Origin: an archaeon
GTDB taxonomy: Archaea; Iainarchaeota; Iainarchaeia; Iainarchaeales; JAAZKV01
Length of the DNA stretch: 64,000 bases
Reading direction: 5' to 3'
Assembly: GCA_041661245.1 (NCBI GenBank)
Contig: JBAZUY010000001.1
Location: 64,491 to 128,490, forward strand
Shown one piece after another: positions 57,454 to 64,000 of the stretch. How positions within the stretch are numbered: the first letter of the stretch is position 1; each line of letters starts with the position of its first letter. Below the pieces are notes generated by a model that had not been told where the DNA came from, ran no database searches, and worked only from the letters and a program-made list of their open reading frames with translations. The position numbers and the translations under genes are program-made.

Positions 57454-58731
57454 TCAAAACTTGAATTTTGATCCAGGAAAATCAAAAGTAGCGAAATAAT
57501 CCTTTGTATTCTCAGCCCTTCGGATTAGTTCCACTTTGCCATTCTCTCGCAATAATAATTCAGCACTTCTTAATTTTCCGTTATAATTGAAACCCATCGC
57601 ATACCCATGCGCTCCAGCATTATGAATTGCAATTAAATCCCCTACTTCAATTTTTGGAAGCATTCGATCAATTGCAAACTTATCATTATTCTCGCAAAGA
57701 GAACCAACAAGATCATATTTTTCTGTCCGAGGGGCATTTTCTTTTCCAAGAACTGTAATGTGATGGTATGAACCATAAAGAGCAGGCCTCATTAAATTTG
57801 CCATACACGCATCTACTCCAATATATTCTTTGTAAATATGCTTCTCATGAATTGCGCGAGTGATTAAAAAATCAAAGGGGCCTGTAACCATTCGGCCATT
57901 TTCCATTACTACTTTTAGAGGAGCTAATTTATTTTTCACGATTTTTTCTTCATACATTTTTTTTATTCCATTTGAGACATACTCCAAATCAACTGCTTTT
58001 TGTTCGGGTTTGTAAGGAATTCCAATTCCCCCTCCCAAATTGATAAAATCAAACTTTATTCCAACTTTGTTTGAAATTTCAACTACTAAATCAAATAACA
58101 TTTCAGCAGTTTGAATGAAAGCATCAGATCTTAATTCATTTGAGGCAAGCATTGTATGCAACCCAAATCTCTTTACTCCTTTTTGTTTTGCTATTTTATA
58201 TGCTTCAAATAATTGTTCTCTTGTCAAACCATATTTTGCATCCTGGGGACTACCAATAACATTTCCTTCAGCTGTTGCCCTTAATGGACCGGGATTATAT
58301 CTAAAACAAATAAGCTCAGGAAGTTTACCCCCCAATGCATTTTCCAAATACTCAATATGAGTAATATCGTCAAGATTAATTATTGCACCAAGCATAAACG
58401 CTTTAACAAATTCATCTGCAGGAGTATTATTTGAAGTGAACATTATTTGTTCCCCTTTAAATCCAAGTTTTTCTGCAATCAAAAGTTCAGGAAGAGAACT
58501 GCAATCCACGCCCATCCCTTCTTCTTTTAAAATTGAAATCAAAGTTGGGTTAGGACAAGCCTTAACTGCAAAATAATTCTTAAAACCAGTAATCCAGGAA
58601 AATGAGTTGTATAAATTTTGGGCATTATTTCTAATTCCTTTCTCGCCATATAAGTGAAACGGGGTTGGATAAGTTTTGATTATTTCTTCAATTTGAGATT
58701 TTGTAAAAAATAAATCATTATCATTATTCAT
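57454..58731 (-). CDS. lysA: Diaminopimelate decarboxylase
   Basis: Fold-III PLP decarboxylase blocks (YFAVKACPN, GGGIGIPY, GSLCENND, NAGAHGY) within a dap operon. Confidence 0.8.
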   Translation of the reverse strand: MNNDNDLFFTKSQIEEIIKTYPTPFHLYGEKGIRNNAQNLYNSFSWITGFKNYFAVKACPNPTLISILKEEGMGVDCSSLPELLIAEKLGFKGEQIMFTSNNTPADEFVKAFMLGAIINLDDITHIEYLENALGGKLPELICFRYNPGPLRATAEGNVIGSPQDAKYGLTREQLFEAYKIAKQKGVKRFGLHTMLASNELRSDAFIQTAEMLFDLVVEISNKVGIKFDFINLGGGIGIPYKPEQKAVDLEYVSNGIKKMYEEKIVKNKLAPLKVVMENGRMVTGPFDFLITRAIHEKHIYKEYIGVDACMANLMRPALYGSYHHITVLGKENAPRTEKYDLVGSLCENNDKFAIDRMLPKIEVGDLIAIHNAGAHGYAMGFNYNGKLRSAELLLRENGKVELIRRAENTKDYFATFDFPGSKFKF

Positions 58732-58793
58732 TCAATCAACTCTTTTTTCTAAACTTTTTTTAATAGAATGTCTGTCCAACATATTGAGTGCCG

Positions 58794-60020
58794 CTAAAGC
58801 TTTAAATTATTTTTAATACTTTCAACTGCTTTAATCACATTCTCTCTATGCCCAAAAGCACTTACTCTAAAATATCCTTCCCCGCTTGGACCAAATCCTG
58901 AACCGGGAGTAATTACAACATGCGCTTCAGTTAACATTTTGTCAAACAAATCCCAGGATTTCATTCCATTTGGAGTTTTTACCCACAAGTAAGGAGCATT
59001 AACTCCCCCGGAGACAACTTTGAGTCCTTTTTCTTCAAGACCTTTTTTTATTATTCTTGAGTTTTCCATATAGTACTCAATAATTTCTTTGCACTCTTTT
59101 AGTCCTTCTTTACTTAGAGCCGCTACTCCCCCATCTTGAACAATATTACTTGCTCCATTAAACATAGTTGTTTGCCTTCTATTCCACATTGAATTTAATT
59201 TTCCAATACTAGCATCCTCACACACACAATTCTTTGGAACAATACTCCAACCCAATCTTACCCCAGTAAAACCAGCTGATTTAGAGAAACTATTAATTTC
59301 AATCGCACACTCTTTTGCGCCAGGAATTACATAAATTGTTTTTGGTAAAGTTGAATCAGAAATAAACTCATTATAAGCCGCATCAAAAATTATTACTGAT
59401 TTATTTTTAATTGCATAATCCACAAATTCTTTTAACTGCTCTCTTGTTGCAACAGCCCCAGTTGGATTATTTGGACTGCAAATATAAATTAAATCAACTT
59501 TTTCTGTTGGAAGAGATGGAAAGAAATTATTTTCCAAATTGCACCCCATGTAAACTAATCCATCATAAGTAACCCCTGTATTTTTTCCTGTTCTGCCTGC
59601 AATTACATTAGTATCAACGTATACTGGATATGCGGGGTCTTGAACTGCAACTTTACATTCATTTGAAAAAATTGACTGAATGTTTGCAACATCACACTTT
59701 GCACCATCACTCACAAAAACTTCATCAGGAAGAATTTCTGCACCCAAATCTTTGTAATAACTTACAATTGCTTCTCGAAGATTCTTATTTCCTTGTTCAT
59801 CCCCATAACCAGTATAAGTTTTAACGTTTGAAAGTTTGTCAACGGAAGCGTGAAGCCCTTTAATTATTTCACTTGGCAAAGCTTCAGTTGTATTTCCTAC
59901 CCCTAGTCTTAAAATTTCAATACCTGGATTCTTTTCTGAATAAACTTTTACTCTCCTTGAAATCTCTGGAAATAAATACCCTGCAGAAAGTTTATCATAA
60001 TTAGAATTTATTTTTGCCAT
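58794..60020 (-). CDS. dapL: LL-diaminopimelate aminotransferase
   Basis: INSNYDKLSAGYLFPEISRRV N-terminus and SFSKSAGFTGVRLGW PLP-lysine block. Confidence 0.8.
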   Translation of the reverse strand: MAKINSNYDKLSAGYLFPEISRRVKVYSEKNPGIEILRLGVGNTTEALPSEIIKGLHASVDKLSNVKTYTGYGDEQGNKNLREAIVSYYKDLGAEILPDEVFVSDGAKCDVANIQSIFSNECKVAVQDPAYPVYVDTNVIAGRTGKNTGVTYDGLVYMGCNLENNFFPSLPTEKVDLIYICSPNNPTGAVATREQLKEFVDYAIKNKSVIIFDAAYNEFISDSTLPKTIYVIPGAKECAIEINSFSKSAGFTGVRLGWSIVPKNCVCEDASIGKLNSMWNRRQTTMFNGASNIVQDGGVAALSKEGLKECKEIIEYYMENSRIIKKGLEEKGLKVVSGGVNAPYLWVKTPNGMKSWDLFDKMLTEAHVVITPGSGFGPSGEGYFRVSAFGHRENVIKAVESIKNNLKL

Positions 60021-60051
60021 ATAACTCACCACATCTTCTAATAAATAACGC

Positions 60052-60942
60052 TTATAAAAATCCCATTTCTTTCATTAATTGTTCAACTTTTTTTCGGTTC
60101 TCTGGCCTAAGTTCGCAAATAGGTAAACGATAAATCTCTTTGCACATCCCTTTCATCACAGCCATTGCTTTAATTGGAATTGGATTAGTTTCAATAAAAG
60201 CCATTTTGAAAAACGGCATTAACTTTTCATTCAACTTTTCAGCCAAAGAATAATTTCCTTTTAGGGCCACGGAAGTTAATTCTACTACCTCTTTTGGGAT
60301 AACATTACTTACAACACTAATAATTCCATCTCCGCCTGCTTTGATTACATCAAGAGTAAGCGCATCATCCCCACTAAGTACACAAAAATAATCTGGTTTT
60401 TTTGCAATTACATCCTTGATTTGATTTAAGTCCCCACTTGCTTCTTTCACTGCAACAATATTTGGGCAATCCTTAATCAAACATAATAAAGTATCTGTTT
60501 CTAAATTTACCCCACATCTGCTTTTAATGTTGTAAAGTATTATTGGAAGTCTTGTTGATTCAGCAATTTTTTTGAAGTGACGATACATTCCTTCCTGAGT
60601 TGGTTTGTTGTAGTAAGGGAGAACTTGTAAAATTGCATCCGCCCCAAAATTTTGAGCATGAATAGTCATTTGAACAGCTTCATAATTTGAATTACTCCCA
60701 GTGCCTGCAATAACTGGAACTCTTTTGTTTACTTTTCTCACAGTGAAATCAATCACCGTGTCACTTTCTTCAGGACTAAGCGTTGGAGATTCCCCAGTTG
60801 TTCCGCAAACAACAATCCCTTGCACTCCAGAAGCAATTTGAAATTCAATTAAATTCCCAAGGGCAGTATAATCAATAAGATCATATTCATCAAACGGAGT
60901 AATAATTGCAGTATAAACTCCGCGAAATAATTTTTCAACCAT
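60052..60942 (-). CDS. dapA: 4-hydroxy-tetrahydrodipicolinate synthase
   Basis: GVYTAIITPF, VCGTTGESPTLS, VAVKEASGD (active-site Lys). Confidence 0.88.
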   Translation of the reverse strand: MVEKLFRGVYTAIITPFDEYDLIDYTALGNLIEFQIASGVQGIVVCGTTGESPTLSPEESDTVIDFTVRKVNKRVPVIAGTGSNSNYEAVQMTIHAQNFGADAILQVLPYYNKPTQEGMYRHFKKIAESTRLPIILYNIKSRCGVNLETDTLLCLIKDCPNIVAVKEASGDLNQIKDVIAKKPDYFCVLSGDDALTLDVIKAGGDGIISVVSNVIPKEVVELTSVALKGNYSLAEKLNEKLMPFFKMAFIETNPIPIKAMAVMKGMCKEIYRLPICELRPENRKKVEQLMKEMGFL

Positions 60943-60953
60943 ATTTTACCACT

Positions 60954-61700
60954 TCAATTTTTTATTATTGTTTTCATTAAATCATCAATATTATAAAATC
61001 CTTTTTTTCCATTAATGAACTCTGCCGCAAGTACAGAACCAAATGCAAATCCTTCTCTCCCTCTTGCAATGTGTTTTAGTTCAATTGTATCTACTGGGCA
61101 ATCAAATAAAACAGTGTGAGTTCCTGGAATGCTTCCGCACCTAACACTCGCAACATGTAGTTCTTCCGGATCGGGTTTTCTTTCAGCAAATCTATCTCCA
61201 ACAATTTTCTTTTTCCGAGTCATATTATCTAAAATTATTTTCCCAATTATCTGAGCACTTCCCCCAGGAGAATCTTTTTTCTGATTATGGTGAATCTCAT
61301 AAACTGCAGCATCATACTCAGGAATATTATTCATTACTTTGGCAGTCTCTGCAACTGCGTGGAAAAAAACATTCATCCCAATACTAAAATTTCCACTCCA
61401 AATACAACCAAGTCCATTTGTAATAGATTTCATTTCATTCATCTTATCGTACCACCCAGTAGTACCGACAACTAAGTTCTTGCCAAGTGAAGAAACTTTT
61501 TTTACATTCTCAAAAATAACTGCAGGCGCAGTGAAATCAATACAAACATCCACTCCTGCAAGACTTTGCGCATTAATTTCTTTAAAATCAGAGTCCTGCA
61601 CAACAGGATCAATTTTTACTATGCTATGTCCTCTTGCAAGTGCAACTACTTCCACAGCCTTCCCCATTTTTCCATAACCAATTAAAGCGATTTTCAAAAA
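60954..61700 (-). CDS. dapB: 4-hydroxy-tetrahydrodipicolinate reductase
   Basis: KIALIGYGKMGK Rossmann motif; EIHHNQKKDSPGGSA catalytic block. Start is taken at TTG 61700, preceded by ggtg (the track start is GTG 61709). Confidence 0.85.
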   Translation of the reverse strand, partial: FLKIALIGYGKMGKAVEVVALARGHSIVKIDPVVQDSDFKEINAQSLAGVDVCIDFTAPAVIFENVKKVSSLGKNLVVGTTGWYDKMNEMKSITNGLGCIWSGNFSIGMNVFFHAVAETAKVMNNIPEYDAAVYEIHHNQKKDSPGGSAQIIGKIILDNMTRKKKIVGDRFAERKPDPEELHVASVRCGSIPGTHTVLFDCPVDTIELKHIARGREGFAFGSVLAAEFINGKKGFYNIDDLMKTIIKN

Positions 61701-61801
61701 CAACACCAATAAAGAATACGTAGTCTATGCCACAATTAGTTTATATAATGGGAGCATTTACTACGATATTCGTAATAGTTCTTTCTTTTTTACTCAAACA
61801 A

Positions 61802-62221
61802 TTAATCTTCTTTTAGAACAGGAAATGTTTCTGTTTGAATAACTCCGTCAATTGATCTAATTAATTCGAGAATTTGATTTAATTTATTAAAATCCTCTGC
61901 TTGAACAAAAGCAATTATTGAAAATCTTCCCGTAACTTCAAATACTCTCGAAGCACCGAGTTTAATTATTCGTTCAGAAATCTTTTGAGTAGGAACACTA
62001 GAGGAAGTAGTTATTTCAATTACTGCATTCGTAGCAGACCCTAAATCAATTGTAAATCTTCTAATTATTCTTTTTTCAATCAGTTTTGCAACTCTTTGTC
62101 TAATAGTACCTTCAGAAACACCTAACTCTTTTGCTATTGAAAGAAAAGGAGTTCTTGAATCACTTGAAAGCTTTTGAATAATAGCCCTATCAACTGAATC
62201 CATACTTTCTTTAGCCATCAT
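61802..62221 (-). CDS. Lrp/AsnC-family transcriptional regulator
   Basis: LDSVDRAIIQKLSSDSRTPFLSIAKELGVSEGTIRQRVAKL HTH plus a RAM-like C-terminal domain. Confidence 0.85.
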   Translation of the reverse strand: MMAKESMDSVDRAIIQKLSSDSRTPFLSIAKELGVSEGTIRQRVAKLIEKRIIRRFTIDLGSATNAVIEITTSSSVPTQKISERIIKLGASRVFEVTGRFSIIAFVQAEDFNKLNQILELIRSIDGVIQTETFPVLKED

Positions 62222-62254
62222 AAACCTTTTATACCAAAATGCTGTATTTGCATA

Positions 62255-62437
62255 ATGGAAGAAAGAGCACAAGGGGCAATTGAATACTTATTGTTAATCG
62301 CGGCAGCAGTAGTTGTTGTAGCAGTAGTAGTTGGAATGATGATTGGGCTATTGACAACAGGCGGAGACCAAGCAACAAATGCAGGAAGCGATTATAATGG
62401 ACAGCTTAATGATTTAAATAAATTAAAAAGACCATAA
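62255..62437 (+). CDS. Minimal archaeal pilin-like protein with class III signal peptide
   Basis: MEERA/QGAIEYLLLIAAAVVVVAVVVGMMIG followed by a short polar tail. Confidence 0.65.
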   Translation: MEERAQGAIEYLLLIAAAVVVVAVVVGMMIGLLTTGGDQATNAGSDYNGQLNDLNKLKRP

Positions 62438-62513
62438 ACTAATCCAAACTAATTAAGAAAAGCTAAACGAAAAAACAAATTAAAAAAAATTAACTCTTTT
62501 TAGAATTAATTTT

Positions 62514-64000
62514 TTATTTCTTTTCTTCTTTTGGAACAACTAAATCAATGGACAATTCTTTCAATTGTTTTATAGATACTTCACTTGGAGAGTCATCCAT
62601 TAGTGAAACAGCCGCCTTGTTCTTTGGGAATGCAATTACATCCCTGATACTATCAGATTCATTTAGTAACATTACCATTCTGTCAAGACCAAATGCTAAA
62701 CCACCGTGTGGAGGAGCACCATATTTGAATGCTTCAAGGAAGAAACCAAATTTCTTATTTGCATCTTCATCGCTAAGTCCAATTGCTTTGAATACTCTTG
62801 CTTGAACTTCAGGATTGTGAATTCTTACACTTCCCCCTCCAAGTTCAATTCCATTTAATACTAAATCATAAGCAAGTGCTTTCATCTTTAATGGTTCTGT
62901 TTCCATTAAAGCAATATGTTCTTTTCTTGGAGAAGTAAAAGGATGATGAACAAATGTAACCTTATTATCTTCCTCACTCCATTCAAACATCGGGAAATCT
63001 TTTACCCAAAGCAAATTATAAGTATCTGGTTTAATTAATCCAAGTTGTTTTGCTAATTGAACTCTTAAGAAACCAAGTGCATCATTAACAACTTTTGGTT
63101 TATCGGCAACGATTACAACTAAATCATTTTCTTTAGCTTTAACTCTTTCTTTTAATTTATTCAACAAATCTTCACTGAAATATTTTGCAATTGACCCGTC
63201 AAACTTTCCATTTTGGAATTTCAAGTAAGCCATTCCGTGAGCTTTGTAAATCTTTACAAAATTTTCAGCATCGTTAAGATCCTTTCTTGAGAAAGCAGCC
63301 TGGCCTTCGACATTAATGGCTTTAATTATTCCTTTATTTTCTACAACAGTTTTAAATGCATTAAATTCTCCTTTTGAAAGAATATCAGTTACTTCAACTA
63401 ATTCTAAACCGAATCTTGTATCAGGCCTATCAATACCATACTTTGCAATTGCATCATCATACTGCATTCGAGGAAGTGGAAGTTTAACTTCAATCCCTTT
63501 CATTTCCTTAAAAATTCTCTGAATAAGTTTCTCATTCACATTCATTACATCTTCTTCATCAACAAAACTCATTTCAACATCAATTTGAGTAAACTCAGGT
63601 TGTCTATCTGCCCTTAAATCCTCATCTCTAAAGCATCTTGCAATTTGAAAATATCTATCCATTCCGCCAATCATTAATAATTGTTTAAATAATTGTGGAC
63701 TTTGTGGAAGAGCATAAAAGTTTCCAGGATGAACTCTACTTGGAACCAAATAATCTCTAGCCCCTTCAGGAGTACTTTTTGCAAGAATTGGAGTTTCAAT
63801 TTCTAAAAAATTATTTGCATCAAAAAAATCTCTAATTACTTTTACTAATTTGTGTCTAAAAATCATGTTCTTTTGCAACATTGGATTTCTAAGAGCTAAA
63901 TATCTGTACTTTAACATTAAGTCTTCATTCGTTTCTGTTCGCTGTGTTAAATCAATTGGCAAAGGGGCAGATTTAGTAATTATTTCAACAGTATCTACAT
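62514..64000 (-). CDS. aspS: Aspartyl-tRNA synthetase (bacterial-type with insertion domain), N-terminus beyond window
   Basis: [57 protein letters not shown]. The frame stays open to nt 64000 ([17 protein letters not shown]). Confidence 0.92.
   Translation of the reverse strand, partial: VDTVEIITKSAPLPIDLTQRTETNEDLMLKYRYLALRNPMLQKNMIFRHKLVKVIRDFFDANNFLEIETPILAKSTPEGARDYLVPSRVHPGNFYALPQSPQLFKQLLMIGGMDRYFQIARCFRDEDLRADRQPEFTQIDVEMSFVDEEDVMNVNEKLIQRIFKEMKGIEVKLPLPRMQYDDAIAKYGIDRPDTRFGLELVEVTDILSKGEFNAFKTVVENKGIIKAINVEGQAAFSRKDLNDAENFVKIYKAHGMAYLKFQNGKFDGSIAKYFSEDLLNKLKERVKAKENDLVVIVADKPKVVNDALGFLRVQLAKQLGLIKPDTYNLLWVKDFPMFEWSEEDNKVTFVHHPFTSPRKEHIALMETEPLKMKALAYDLVLNGIELGGGSVRIHNPEVQARVFKAIGLSDEDANKKFGFFLEAFKYGAPPHGGLAFGLDRMVMLLNESDSIRDVIAFPKNKAAVSLMDDSPSEVSIKQLKELSIDLVVPKEEKK

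Overview
AT-rich, gene-dense chromosomal segment of an archaeon. Archaeal markers are TFB, diphthine synthase, Trm5, the archaeal AroA'/AroB' shikimate entry enzymes and three class III (pilin-type) signal peptides. It is probably a small-genome uncultivated lineage (DPANN-like), but that is inference from composition and gene content only. I can support about 75 protein genes, two type II tRNAs (Leu-CAA, Ser-GCT), two unannotated micro-ORFs, several hairpin terminators and one tandem hairpin repeat. I recognised no rRNA, CRISPR array, transposase or integrase. Housekeeping content includes: LeuRS, CysRS and AspRS (partial); RNase HII; ScpA and ScpB; DinB-Nth; TrxB with a glutaredoxin-like protein; Adk; a dapB-dapA-dapL-lysA operon with a neighbouring Lrp regulator; a Kef-type antiporter. 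The most system-like locus is 38.0-44.2 kb. Two divergent operons there combine a LysW-like zinc ribbon with a long acidic tail, one canonical and one degenerate RimK-type ATP-grasp ligase, a DUF785/RimB-like retropepsin, a GNAT, a MATCAP/DUF1704-like carboxypeptidase and an M29 aminopeptidase. I interpret this as a candidate protein C-terminal amino-acid tailing and trimming module that is not tied to any known LysW pathway. The second locus of interest is 45.8-48.8 kb: two tiny lysine-rich ORFs (24 aa ending GGCCCCQ, and 16 aa), each with its own Shine-Dalgarno and terminator hairpin, lie upstream of an orphan PurD-like ATP-grasp enzyme and two SET-domain methyltransferases. Also notable are large adhesins fused to pilin signal peptides (GLUG/TSP3 and LamG) and a 1495-aa S8 protease whose terminal domain is duplicated on both sides of its TM helix. 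All functional calls rest on motif recognition by eye; no database search was run.
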